From NCBI GenBank assembly GCA_036229005.1, contig JAZAMN010000052.1:1-64000 (forward strand): DNA of 64,000 bases. The letters run 5' to 3'. A program made the translations under genes and the position numbers. This stretch comes from Myxococcota bacterium. Its GTDB lineage: Bacteria > Myxococcota_A > UBA796 > CAJQPC01. The notes under the pieces are model-generated. The model saw nothing but the letters and a program-made list of their open reading frames with translations. It made no database searches and was not told the origin of the DNA. Shown here in pieces: positions 28,659-41,907 of the stretch. Position 1 is the first letter of the stretch. The number at the start of each line of letters is the position of its first letter.

Positions 28659-30037
28659 CCCCCGCCCGCGGCAGCCTGCTCCTGGTGAGCGCGGACGCCA
28701 AGCAGAACGAACGGCTGTTGGGCGCCCTGGGGCGCAAGCACTACGCCGTGGAGGCGACCGCGTCCGGCAAGAAGGGGCTCCGGCACCTGGGCCGCAGCGA
28801 GCTGGACGCGGTGCTGGTGGACCTGGACCTGCCCGACATGGAGGGCCTGGAGTTCTGCAAGCGGGCCGCCGCCGAGGGCATCCCCGCCATCGCCGTCGCG
28901 CGCAAGGGGACCCTGGAGTCGGCGATCGCCTCGATGCGGGCGGGGGCCTACGACTACCTGATGCGGCCGCTGCGCCTGGAGACGGTGAACATCGCGGTCG
29001 CCAGGGCCGTGCAGCACCGCTCCCTGCGGCGAGAGCTCTCCAGGCTGCGGGAGGCCGTCCAGGAGAGCCAGCGCTTTGACGAGCTGACCGGCAGCAGCCC
29101 GGTGATGCGGCGGCTCTTCAAGCTGCTGGACCGGGTGAGCGCCAGCGACGCGGCCGTGCTGATCACCGGCGAGACCGGGACCGGCAAGGAGCTCACGGCG
29201 CGGGCGGTGCATCGGCGGAGTCGGCGGCGCGGCGGGCCCTTCGTGGCGGTCAACTGCGCGGCGCTCCCCGAGGCCCTGCTGGAGACCGAGCTCTTTGGCC
29301 ACACCAAGGGCGCATTCACGGACGCCCGCACCTCGCGTCGGGGCCTGTTCCTACAGGCGGACGGAGGCACCCTCTTCCTGGATGAGGTGGGGGAGATGCC
29401 CAAGGGGCTGCAGGTCAAGCTCCTCCGGGCCCTTCAGGAGCGTCAGGTGCGCCCCGTGGGCAGCGATCGGGAGCACCCCTTTGACGCCCGCATCGTGGCG
29501 GCCACCAACCGGGACCTGGAGGCCGAGGTGGCGGCGGGGAGCTTCCGCTCGGACCTGTACTACCGCCTGAACGTCATCCAGGTGGACCTGCCCCCCCTGC
29601 GCGAGCGAGGCAGCGACGTGCTGCTGCTGGCCCAGCACTTCCTGGACCTGGCCGCGGCCCGCTCCGCCAAGGAGGTCGTCGGCCTGGAGTCCGAGGCGGC
29701 TCGGCGCATGCTGGAGTACCCCTGGCCGGGCAATGTCCGGGAACTGGAGAACTCCATCGAGCGCGCGGTGGCCCTGACCGAGTCGCGGGAGATCGGCCTG
29801 GAGGACCTCCCCAACCGGGTGCAGCGGCGCCAGCAGGCCGCCCCGCCTCCGCCCGCGGACCCTGACGAGCTGCTGCCTCTGGTGGACGTGGAGCGCGCCC
29901 ACATCCTGCGCGTGCTGACGGCGGTGGGGGGCAACAAGACCCGCGCGGCGTCCGTGCTGGGGCTGGACAGAAAGACCCTGTACCGCAAGCTCAAGGAGAT
30001 GGGGCATTCTGCCCCGGCGGGGGCAGAACGGGACTGA
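28655..30037 (+). CDS. Sigma54-dependent response regulator (receiver, AAA+, Fis HTH)
   Basis: GETGTGKE, ELFGH..GAFTDA, LFLDEVGEM, YPWPGNVRELEN and GNKTRAA..LG.DRKTLYRK. Confidence 0.95.
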   Translation: MTPARGSLLLVSADAKQNERLLGALGRKHYAVEATASGKKGLRHLGRSELDAVLVDLDLPDMEGLEFCKRAAAEGIPAIAVARKGTLESAIASMRAGAYDYLMRPLRLETVNIAVARAVQHRSLRRELSRLREAVQESQRFDELTGSSPVMRRLFKLLDRVSASDAAVLITGETGTGKELTARAVHRRSRRRGGPFVAVNCAALPEALLETELFGHTKGAFTDARTSRRGLFLQADGGTLFLDEVGEMPKGLQVKLLRALQERQVRPVGSDREHPFDARIVAATNRDLEAEVAAGSFRSDLYYRLNVIQVDLPPLRERGSDVLLLAQHFLDLAAARSAKEVVGLESEAARRMLEYPWPGNVRELENSIERAVALTESREIGLEDLPNRVQRRQQAAPPPPADPDELLPLVDVERAHILRVLTAVGGNKTRAASVLGLDRKTLYRKLKEMGHSAPAGAERD

Positions 30038-30087
30038 AGGAGGGCCTCGCAGACCCCCAATCTGCGGCGGATCCGGCCCTTTGAAGG

Positions 30088-30103
30088 TGGCACACCCCTT
30101 GCT
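30088..30103 (+). promoter_or_regulatory. Sigma54 (-24/-12) promoter
   Basis: TGGCACA-CCCC-TTGCT with GG-N10-GC spacing, upstream of GGAGG and ATG 30133. Confidence 0.75.
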
Positions 30104-30132
30104 TGGGACCCAGTGCCTGCCGGAGGTTTCCC

Positions 30133-30387
30133 ATGGCACTTCGACCGAACGTGATGCTCATCGACCTGCTCAACAACTACCCGGGTGTCGAGGAGGTGCT
30201 CGGCTGGTACGGCATCGAGCTCGATGACGACGCCGACCTGACCCTGACCCTGGCCGAGGCGTGCGGTGAGCACAGCCTGGACATCGAGGACGTCATGGTC
30301 GACCTGGAGGCCGTCCTGGACTCCGACGACGACGACGACGATGGTGACGACGACGACGACGACGGCGACTGGGAACCCGAGTGGTAG
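30133..30387 (+). CDS. Small acidic protein, DUF1858/ScdA_N-like fold, poly-Asp tail
   Basis: LLNNYPGVEEVLGWYGI...TLAEACGEHSLD; ends DDDDDDGDDDDDDGDWEPEW. Confidence 0.75.
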   Translation: MALRPNVMLIDLLNNYPGVEEVLGWYGIELDDDADLTLTLAEACGEHSLDIEDVMVDLEAVLDSDDDDDDGDDDDDDGDWEPEW

Positions 30388-30440
30388 CCCAGGCCCCGAG
30401 GTCTCCCCGCTGGTAGATTCCGGGGAGCCTCGGAGCTGCC

Positions 30441-31469
30441 TTGATCTCGACCCGTCGCCTCCCCCTCCGCGTCGTCGCCCTCACCACGCTCTGGCCAGCG
30501 GGCCTTGGCGCGGTGTGGGCCTTCGCGGTCTTCCTGCTCTACTACTTCGCTGAGCTGCAGTTCCTGCGGATCCCCTTCCTGCCCCTGGGCACGATCGGCA
30601 CCGCGGTGGCCTTCTATCTGGGCTTCAAGAACAACTCGGCCTACGACCGCTTCTGGGAGGGGCGGAAGATCTGGGGCGGCATCGTCAACGAGAGCCGCAC
30701 CTGGGCCAACTACGTGATCAACTCCGTGTACCCGGGCGATGACAGCCCGGAGGCCCACGCGGCGCGCAAGGACCTGATCTACCGCCACCTGGCCTACATC
30801 AACGCCCTGCGCCTGCAGCTCCGCCGCAAGAGCCGCTTCGAAGACACCGGGACCCGCCTGACGGTCCGGCGGCTGGAGAAGCACCGCAGCCACATGCGCA
30901 ATGACTGGGACACCGAGCTGGCACCCTTCCTCTCCCCAGAGGAGCTGGCCCAGACCCACGGCGAGGTCAACGCGGCCACCCAGCTACAGGTGCGTCAGAG
31001 CGCCGCCCTCCAGGGCCTGCAGCGCACCGGCAAGGTGGACCTCTTCCACCAGCTCGCCATGCTCGAGGTGGTCCGCGCCTTCTACGGCCTCCAGGGCAAG
31101 GCCGAGCGCATCAAGGCCACCCCCTTCCCTCGCCAGTACGCCGAGACCGGGCGGGTGTTCGTGCGCACCTTCGTGGCGCTGGTGCCCTTCGGCCTGCTGG
31201 ACGTGTTCGCCGAGCACATCCACGGGGGCACGCTGACCCTGGCGAGCTTCTGGCCGGCGCTGCCGATGGTCGCGAGCAGCGCGCTGATCACCTGGGTCTT
31301 CCTGATGATGGAGGGCGTGGGCGACTCCAGCGAGGACCCCTTCGAGCGCAGCATCAACGACGTCCCCATGAACGCGCTCTGCCGCGTGATCGAGCGGGAC
31401 CTGCGGCAGATGCTCGGCGAGACCGAGCTGCCGGAGCCCGAGCCCGTCGCCGAGTTCATCCTGTACTGA
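30441..31469 (+). CDS. Bestrophin family ion channel
   Basis: FKNNSAYDRFWEGRKIWG, ERIKATPFP and EDPF...NDVPM. Confidence 0.92.
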   Translation: MISTRRLPLRVVALTTLWPAGLGAVWAFAVFLLYYFAELQFLRIPFLPLGTIGTAVAFYLGFKNNSAYDRFWEGRKIWGGIVNESRTWANYVINSVYPGDDSPEAHAARKDLIYRHLAYINALRLQLRRKSRFEDTGTRLTVRRLEKHRSHMRNDWDTELAPFLSPEELAQTHGEVNAATQLQVRQSAALQGLQRTGKVDLFHQLAMLEVVRAFYGLQGKAERIKATPFPRQYAETGRVFVRTFVALVPFGLLDVFAEHIHGGTLTLASFWPALPMVASSALITWVFLMMEGVGDSSEDPFERSINDVPMNALCRVIERDLRQMLGETELPEPEPVAEFILY

Positions 31470-31475
31470 TCAGGC

Positions 31476-32525
31476 TCAGATGGCCTCCTCCACCCAGGTC
31501 GGTGGCCGCGCCAGATCCCGCACCTGGTACCAGTCGGCCAGGGCGCGCTCCAGCAGCCGGTGCGCCAGGGGGTCCAGCACCTCGATGCTCTCCTCGCGCA
31601 GATCCAGCGCCCGCAGCCCCTGGAGGACGAGCAGATCGTGGCCGTCCATGCCCGGCATCAAACCTGAGAAGGCCAGCCCGTGGCCCTTGAGCTCGGTCAC
31701 TGCCTGCGCGGTGAACGGCGAGGTCATCGGGGAGTAGACCGCCACGTGGTGGATGTTCCCGCCCAGCATCCACTGCACCTGCTCGACCACCCGCCGGGCC
31801 AGATCCGGGCCGGGCTCCAGCACATGCACCCGCCCCACCTGCCGGTTGGGATCAAAGTGCACGCGCAGCTCGGTGGAGGGCCCGATGGTGGGCAGATTGG
31901 GTGGGTCCACGACCTCCCGCTCTTCGCCCAGGGCGTCGTAGACAGCGGCGTAGAGGTCCCGGTCCACGCGGGGCACAAAGACCTCACGCGGCGCCCCGAC
32001 CCGCAGCGGCACCCAGCTCGCCAGGGTGGACAGCGCCCGCCCCTCCATCCGGCCGCCTACCGCTCGGGGGACGCTCCCCAGCATGACGGCCGTGGGCACG
32101 CCACCCATCGCCCGCTCCAGGCGCTGCAGGCGCGCGTCGTGGGCGTGCATGCGGTTGACCAACGCTTCGTACCCGGCCTCGATGGCCCAGGCGTAGAGGC
32201 TGCTGGTGAGCAGGGCCAACGCCTCGCTGTCCTTGTGGCTCTCGACCACCATCGCCAGCCCGACCTCGCGGTAGATGGGCTCCGCGGTGGGCGGTGCGTA
32301 CGAGTCGAACTCAAAGAAGGGCCGGATGGCCGCCAGGTGGCCCACGCAGCGGTCTCCCTCCATCGCCAGGAAGCTGGTCACGTAGCCGGCCTGGTTGTAG
32401 GCCAGCGCCTGCGACGGCTCGTACAGCCAGCGGCGGTGGTGGGTGAGGCCGCAGGTCTCGTAGACGCAGCGGGCCAGGGCGCGGGCCTGGCCGAGGGTCT
32501 CCAGGGCTTCGACTCGAAGGCTCAT
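31476..32525 (-). CDS. GNAT-like acetyltransferase domain protein
   Basis: LARCVYETCGLT...LYEP...SFLAMEGDRCVGH...EVGLAMV. Start is uncertain (32525 or 32597). Confidence 0.6.
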   Translation of the reverse strand: MSLRVEALETLGQARALARCVYETCGLTHHRRWLYEPSQALAYNQAGYVTSFLAMEGDRCVGHLAAIRPFFEFDSYAPPTAEPIYREVGLAMVVESHKDSEALALLTSSLYAWAIEAGYEALVNRMHAHDARLQRLERAMGGVPTAVMLGSVPRAVGGRMEGRALSTLASWVPLRVGAPREVFVPRVDRDLYAAVYDALGEEREVVDPPNLPTIGPSTELRVHFDPNRQVGRVHVLEPGPDLARRVVEQVQWMLGGNIHHVAVYSPMTSPFTAQAVTELKGHGLAFSGLMPGMDGHDLLVLQGLRALDLREESIEVLDPLAHRLLERALADWYQVRDLARPPTWVEEAI

Positions 32526-32626
32526 TTGAAGATTCCTTTGGGGTTCCGGTGTGCTGACCGGCTCGCCCCCAAAGACGGAAACAAGGCCGCATCGCATGAG
32601 CGCCCGCCGCGCTTCCCGCTCCACCC

Positions 32627-33559
32627 TCAGGAAAAGGTGACGAGCCTCACCCGGGGCCCCACCCGCACCTCCAGCCGCTGACCGCCCTGGTGGAAGTCCC
32701 CGTCGATCATGTAGGACATGGGCTGTCGGCTCTCCAGCACCAGCGACTGCCCGAGCTGACTGAGGATGTGCGGGTCCCCCACCGGCTGCCCCCGGAAGAT
32801 CGCCGGGAGCGCCCGCGCAAAGCGCATCGGCGTGCACCCGATCCCCACGACCTGAAGCTGCCCGGGGTGGCGCACCACGCTGTGGAAGGGCCGGAATCCC
32901 AGCCCGATGTCATCCACCGTTGCCGCCCCGATCGTGGTCCACGGCAGCCCCGGCCACAGGGTCCCGTCCACCCAGACCTGCGCCTCCACGGGGGCCGCCA
33001 GGTGCTTGATGAAGGCCCCGCCCACCACCGCGGACCCCACCGCCCGCGCCAGCAGCCACGCCGCCTTGGCCGGACTGGGCTCCGAGCCCGCGTAGTAGGC
33101 CTCCAGGAAGCGGGAGATCAGCCCATTGCCAAAGATGAACCCTGCCTTGTCGTCCACGACGATCAGGTTCCGCTCGGTGTAGGGCAGCGGCTGCCCGTGC
33201 GCGTAGGCCGAGGTCAGCGCGCCCAGCAGCTCCTCGGGCTTGCCCTGGATCCCCAGCCCGTGTGCGGCGGTGTTCATGGTGCCCCCGCGGAGCAGCGCGA
33301 TCATCGGCAGGGGCCGATCCCCATAGACCCGAAGCAGCGCCGAGAGCACCCGGTGGTTGGTCCCGTCGCCCCCGTTGATGGCCACCACCTCGACCTGCCG
33401 CTCGGCGAAGTGCTCCGCCACCCGGTCCAGCGCGTCCAGGTCCCGCGGCATCTGCAGCGTGCCGCGCTCCCCCAGGATGTAGGCGAGCTGCCGCGCCAGC
33501 TCCGGGTTCCGCCGGTTCCGCCGCGAGTGGGGGTTCGTGATGACGCCGATGCCAGCCAG
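32627..33559 (-). CDS. Diacylglycerol/sphingosine kinase family protein
   Basis: ITNPHSR, NGGDGT, GGTMN and IDGD. Start is probably CTG at 33559; the next ATG is 33649. Confidence 0.85.
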   Translation of the reverse strand: MAGIGVITNPHSRRNRRNPELARQLAYILGERGTLQMPRDLDALDRVAEHFAERQVEVVAINGGDGTNHRVLSALLRVYGDRPLPMIALLRGGTMNTAAHGLGIQGKPEELLGALTSAYAHGQPLPYTERNLIVVDDKAGFIFGNGLISRFLEAYYAGSEPSPAKAAWLLARAVGSAVVGGAFIKHLAAPVEAQVWVDGTLWPGLPWTTIGAATVDDIGLGFRPFHSVVRHPGQLQVVGIGCTPMRFARALPAIFRGQPVGDPHILSQLGQSLVLESRQPMSYMIDGDFHQGGQRLEVRVGPRVRLVTFS

Positions 33560-33585
33560 GGGCCCTCCAGGGGTAGGCTCTGTGC

Positions 33586-34305
33586 ATGCGTATCCTGGTA
33601 AGCACCGACTTTGATCCGGGGGGAGGAATGGCCGATTCCCCTCGGACACGCCCGCTCAGACCCAAAGCCTTCGTGGGCATGTCCACCGTCGACGCGGTCC
33701 GCGCCGCCGGCGGGATCCCGATGCTCCTGCCCCCCGGCGAGGACAGGCTGGAGCAGCTCCTGGATCACGTCGATGGCGTCGTCATCACCGGCGGCAACTT
33801 CGACATCCACCCCAGCCACTACGGCGCCACCGCCATCGCACAGCTCGGCGAGATCAAGGAGCTCCGCACCGAAGGCGAGCTGCTCCTGGCCGGCCGCTGC
33901 CTAGCCCGCAGCATCCCCGTGCTGGGCGTCTGCGGCGGCATGCAGGCCCTGGCTGTCGCTGCGGGCGGCACCCTCATCCAGGACATCGGCACCCAGCGCC
34001 CCGACGCCGGCGAGCACGAGCAGCCCACCGACCCCGCCCAGGGCTGGCACGCCCTGGAGACCAGCGGCGGCATCATCGGCGCTCTGCTGGGTGAGCACCC
34101 CGTGGTCAACTCCACCCACCACCAGGCCGTCGACGACCCCGGCGACATGGTCATCACCGCCCGCGCCCCCGACGGCATCATCGAGGCCATCGAGGCCCCC
34201 GGCCACCCCTTCGCCGTGGGCGTCCAGTGGCACCCGGAGCTGTTGGGGCACGCGGGGTTGATCTACGGGGCGTTGGTGCAGGCGGCGCGGGGGATGCGCG
34301 GGTGA
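33586..34305 (+). CDS. Gamma-glutamyl-gamma-aminobutyrate hydrolase family (peptidase C26, PuuD-like)
   Basis: GVCGGMQ, VNSTHHQAV and GVQWHPE. Confidence 0.9.
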   Translation: MRILVSTDFDPGGGMADSPRTRPLRPKAFVGMSTVDAVRAAGGIPMLLPPGEDRLEQLLDHVDGVVITGGNFDIHPSHYGATAIAQLGEIKELRTEGELLLAGRCLARSIPVLGVCGGMQALAVAAGGTLIQDIGTQRPDAGEHEQPTDPAQGWHALETSGGIIGALLGEHPVVNSTHHQAVDDPGDMVITARAPDGIIEAIEAPGHPFAVGVQWHPELLGHAGLIYGALVQAARGMRG

Positions 34306-34319
34306 CCTGGGGGCGGCGA

Positions 34320-35021
34320 CTACCCGCCTCCACACCCCGCCCGCCTCAAGTGATGCGCGGGTGCCTCCCCTGACCGCCGCAGGACACAGGCAAAGAGCCG
34401 CTGGCTCGCGTACCCCGTGCCCGTGACGCCTTTGACGCTCTGGGCCAGCAAGCGCGCCAATACGGGGTGGGTCTCCCCATCGCGGAGCGCCTCCAGGTTG
34501 GTCAGCTTGCCCCCCAGCGCGCTCGCGAACAGCCGAATGGCGTGCGCGGAGCCGACCGTTGCCTCCTCGATGGCGGCCACCAGCGGGTCCCACCGAGGCA
34601 CCAGCTCAAGCGCCGTCCCTGGACTGGCCCGACCGTTCATGGGTCCGAGGTAGAGATCGTAGGTGGCTCCGTCCTTCTCGAAAGCGTGCCACTCGACCTG
34701 CTCGTCTTCGAGGACTCCCGCGTGGCTGGCGAGAAGCACATGGAAGTCCTGGATCGTGAAGGCCTGGACCCCGTCGTTCAGCGCGGCAGATCGATGCTCC
34801 CCGAGCCCAGCCCACAGGTCCTGCAAGACCGGATGCCCCCCTCGCCAGGCCCTGCAGCCCAACAGCACGCTGCCGCTGGGGTAGGTGTCGACGAGCTCCA
34901 GGGTCATCGCGGCCTGCGTCCTGGGCAGGACCACCCTGTCGCCTTCGATGCGCGCCTCCACGCCGTGCCCGTCCAGGAAGCCGTGCAGCAACCGCAGAAG
35001 CTGCTCACCCGTCGCGTCCAT
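34320..35021 (-). CDS. Hypothetical protein (DUF6348-like)
   Basis: FTIQDFHVLLA...EDEQV and GYASQRLF pattern; codon usage visibly less GC3-biased than neighbours. Confidence 0.55.
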   Translation of the reverse strand: MDATGEQLLRLLHGFLDGHGVEARIEGDRVVLPRTQAAMTLELVDTYPSGSVLLGCRAWRGGHPVLQDLWAGLGEHRSAALNDGVQAFTIQDFHVLLASHAGVLEDEQVEWHAFEKDGATYDLYLGPMNGRASPGTALELVPRWDPLVAAIEEATVGSAHAIRLFASALGGKLTNLEALRDGETHPVLARLLAQSVKGVTGTGYASQRLFACVLRRSGEAPAHHLRRAGCGGG

Positions 35022-35081
35022 CCCGCACCTCCACTCAAGCGTCCGATGTCCCAAGCATCGCACGGAGCGAGCGAAGGAGGC

Positions 35082-38750
<3,669 letters not shown>

Positions 38751-38813
38751 GGGCCCCTCCTATCCCTGTTGGCTGCGATGGGGGGTTAGGCTTGGGCACC
38801 CTCCGGAGTTCCC

Positions 38814-40967
38814 ATGACGCCCCTGATGCTGCTGTCCCTGGCCTGCGCCCCCAAGACCGACCCCGCCGACCAGGCCCTGGCCGCCCCCGCGCCGCCGCCC
38901 AGCATCTACCCGGTGACCCGGACCGTCGACGTCGTCGACGACTACCACGGCACCCAGGTGGCCGACCCCTACCGCTGGCTGGAGGACTCCGACGACGCCG
39001 AGGTGCGCACCTGGATCGAGGCGGAGAACACCCTCACGAACGCCTACCTGGGGCAGATCCCCGAGCGCGACGCCATCCGCGACCGCATGACGGAGCTGTG
39101 GAACTACGAGCGCTACTCGAGCCCAAGGGAGGTGGCCGAGGGGGTCTACGTCTGGAGCTACAACAACGGACTCCAGAACCAGTCCGTCATCTACATCGCC
39201 GACAGCCCCGAGAGCGAGGGCAGGGTGCTGCTGGACCCCAACACCCTGAGCGAGGACGGCACGGTCGCCCTGAGCGGGACCTGGTTCTCCGAGGACGGCT
39301 CGATGCTGGCCTACGCGGTGTCGGACGGCGGCTCGGACTGGCGGAAGATCTACGTGATGGACGTGGAGACCGGGGAGACCCACCCGCAGGTGCTGGAGTG
39401 GATCAAGTTCAGCGGGGCGAGCTGGGCCAAGGACGGCAGCGGCTTCTTCTACAGCCGCTACGACAAGCCCGAAGACCCCGGCGACTTCGAGGCCAAGAAC
39501 CAGTTCCAGAAGCTCTACTTCCACAAGATCGGGACCGCGCAGGCCGACGACGTGCTGATCTACGAGCGCAGCGACCAGCCCACCTGGGGCTTCGGCGGCA
39601 GCGTGACCGAGGACGGCCGCTACCTGATCGTCTACAACTGGGAGGGCACCGAGCGGAAGAACCGGGTCTTCTACAAGGACCTGCAAACCGACGGGCCGGT
39701 CACCCCCCTGCTGACGGACTTCGACGCCAGCTACTCGGTGCTCGCGAACGACGGCAAGGTCTGGACCCTGGAGACGGACAAGGACGCCCCCAAGGGTCGC
39801 ATCGTGCGCCTGAACATCGACAAGCCCGGCGAGTGGACCGAGGTCGTCCCCCAGGGTGAGCACGTGCTGCAGGGCGCCTCCGTCCTGGCCAAGGACAAGC
39901 TGGTGCTCCAGTACCTGCAGGACGCCCACAGCATGGTCCAGGTGCGCGAGTTCAAGACCGGCGCGCTGGTCCGCGAGGTCGAGCTCCCCGGCATCGGCTC
40001 GGCCGGTGGCTTTGGTGGCAAGCGCGCGCAGACCGAGACCTTCTACAGCTTCACCGGCTACACGACGCCGGGGACCATCTACCGCTACGACGTGGTGAGC
40101 GGCGAGAGCGCGGTGTTCCGCGAGCCCGCCATCTCCATGCCCGAGGGCGAGTACACGACCCAGCAGATCTTCGTGACCTCCAAGGACGGCACCCAGGTCC
40201 CCGTGTTCGTGACGCACCGCAGCGACATCGAGCTGGACGGGAGCAACCCCACCCTGCTCTACGGCTACGGCGGCTTCAACATCAGCCTGACGCCCTACTA
40301 CTCGACCACCGCGCGCGTGTGGATGGAGATGGGCGGCGTGTACGCGGTGGCCAACCTGCGGGGCGGCGGCGAGTACGGCAAGGAGTGGCACGACGCCGGC
40401 CGCCTGGCCAACAAGCAGAACGTGTTCGACGACTTCATCGCCAGCGCCGAGCACCTGATCGAGGCCGGCTACACCCAGCCCGAGAAGCTGGCCGTGATGG
40501 GCGGCTCCAACGGCGGCCTGCTGGTGGGCGCGGTGTCCGTGCAGCGCCCCGACCTCTTCGGTGCGGCCCTGCCCGCCGTGGGCGTGATGGACATGCTGCG
40601 CTTCAACCAGTTCACTATCGGCTGGGCCTGGGAGAGCGACTACGGCAGCCCCCAGGACCCCGAGATGTTCCCGATCCTGCACGGCTACAGCCCGTACCAC
40701 AACATCCAGGACGGCGTGGAGTACCCCGCCACCCTGGTGACCACCGGCGACCACGACGACCGCGTGGTGCCCGGCCACAGCTTCAAGTACGCCGCCCGCA
40801 TGCAGGCCGCCCAGGCCGGCCCGGATCCCGTGCTCATCCGCATCGAGACCCGCGGCGGACACGGCGCCGGCAAGCCCACCCAGATGCGCATCGAGGAGGC
40901 CACGGACAAGTGGGCCTTCCTGGTCAAGGAGCTGGAGATGGCGCTGCCCGAAGGCTTCGGGGAGTAG
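38814..40967 (+). CDS. Prolyl oligopeptidase (S9A), lipoprotein
   Basis: [26 protein letters not shown] and GGHG; begins [11 protein letters not shown]. Confidence 0.95.
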   Translation: MTPLMLLSLACAPKTDPADQALAAPAPPPSIYPVTRTVDVVDDYHGTQVADPYRWLEDSDDAEVRTWIEAENTLTNAYLGQIPERDAIRDRMTELWNYERYSSPREVAEGVYVWSYNNGLQNQSVIYIADSPESEGRVLLDPNTLSEDGTVALSGTWFSEDGSMLAYAVSDGGSDWRKIYVMDVETGETHPQVLEWIKFSGASWAKDGSGFFYSRYDKPEDPGDFEAKNQFQKLYFHKIGTAQADDVLIYERSDQPTWGFGGSVTEDGRYLIVYNWEGTERKNRVFYKDLQTDGPVTPLLTDFDASYSVLANDGKVWTLETDKDAPKGRIVRLNIDKPGEWTEVVPQGEHVLQGASVLAKDKLVLQYLQDAHSMVQVREFKTGALVREVELPGIGSAGGFGGKRAQTETFYSFTGYTTPGTIYRYDVVSGESAVFREPAISMPEGEYTTQQIFVTSKDGTQVPVFVTHRSDIELDGSNPTLLYGYGGFNISLTPYYSTTARVWMEMGGVYAVANLRGGGEYGKEWHDAGRLANKQNVFDDFIASAEHLIEAGYTQPEKLAVMGGSNGGLLVGAVSVQRPDLFGAALPAVGVMDMLRFNQFTIGWAWESDYGSPQDPEMFPILHGYSPYHNIQDGVEYPATLVTTGDHDDRVVPGHSFKYAARMQAAQAGPDPVLIRIETRGGHGAGKPTQMRIEEATDKWAFLVKELEMALPEGFGE

Positions 40968-41744
40968 TCAGCGGCGGGTCCAGTAGCCACGCCCGGTGGG
41001 GACACCCGGGAAGCGCAGGTCGCCAACGAGCCGGGCGACCTGCTCCACGTGCCGGTCGGCAGGGGGCAGCCGCCGCAGGGTCGACGGGCTGGTCCCGAGT
41101 TGCCGGGCCAGCTCGCTGGTGGACAGGGGAACCAGGGCCCGCGCAGACTGGAGCAGCAGTCGGCGGGGCGCCCCCCGGTCGTCCAGGCGGTGGAGCGGGG
41201 TCCGCGTGTACCCGGACACGGCGGCCCGCAGCTCGTGGAGCGTAGGGTCTTGCCCGGAGCGCGCTGGCAGCCCGCTCCCATCGGTGTTCACGGAGGGGTC
41301 GGATGAGGTGTAGGCGTGCAGCCGCTCGGGGTCGGGGTGGCGCGCACGGACGGGCCGCAGCGCCAGGCCCACGGCGTCCCGGTACGTGGACCAAGGCCAC
41401 GCCAGGGGGTCATCGACCAGCCGCGCGCGGCAGGGGTTCAGGTGGATGTAGCGGGTCTCCCGGCGGCGCTTCTGGGCGTCGGCCGCAAAGTGGGCGGCAG
41501 GCAGCGGCTCGATGCGGTTGCCGCGCAGGCCCTGGGCGGCGTTCAGGCTCCGGCTGTGTCCACGCAGCGCCTGCGCCAACGGGACGCGCAGGTCCTGCCG
41601 GTGCTGGAGATGGACATGGTTGGGCATCAGGCACAAGGCCTCCATGCCCGGGCACGCCCGGGTGATGCGCCCCCAGAGCGCATGCGCTTCCTCCCAAGTG
41701 GTGAACAGCAGGCCCACGCTGGTGCGGGCGACGAGGTGGTACAT
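40968..41744 (-). mobile_element. RAYT-like HUH/Y1 tyrosine transposase with C-terminal HTH
   Basis: MYHLVAR, CLMPNHVHL (HUH), YIHLNPCRARLV..WPWSTY and LSTSELARQLGTSPSTLRR. Confidence 0.85.
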
Positions 41745-41771
41745 GATCGGCTCCTGGCTCCCTGGCCTTCA

Positions 41772-41787
41772 TGCAAAGGGGCTGCCA
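41772..41787 (-). promoter_or_regulatory. Sigma54 (-24/-12) promoter of the RAYT gene
   Basis: Minus strand reads TGGCAGC-CCCT-TTGCA (GG-N10-GC), then a GGAG RBS and ATG 41744. Confidence 0.7.
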
Positions 41788-41907
41788 CCCGCAAGTGCCT
41801 TGAATCACGTCAGACCGACGGCCTGGTGTCGAGAGTCCGCCACCGGTGTCGGAGGGCAGACACCCCCATTGGGCGCTCGCCTGGCACCCGGGCAGGGTGG
41901 TTCGCAG

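Noticed and set aside
30325..30369. (GAC)n microsatellite as a phase-variation tract
   Set aside because: It is an in-frame trinucleotide run encoding the poly-Asp tail, so slippage would not shift the frame.
40968..41744. Classical IS200/IS605 insertion sequence
   Set aside because: There is no tnpB and no clear subterminal hairpin pair. The motifs (YH..R, MPNHVH, NP.RA.LV, W.WS) and the C-terminal HTH fit RAYT-like proteins better.
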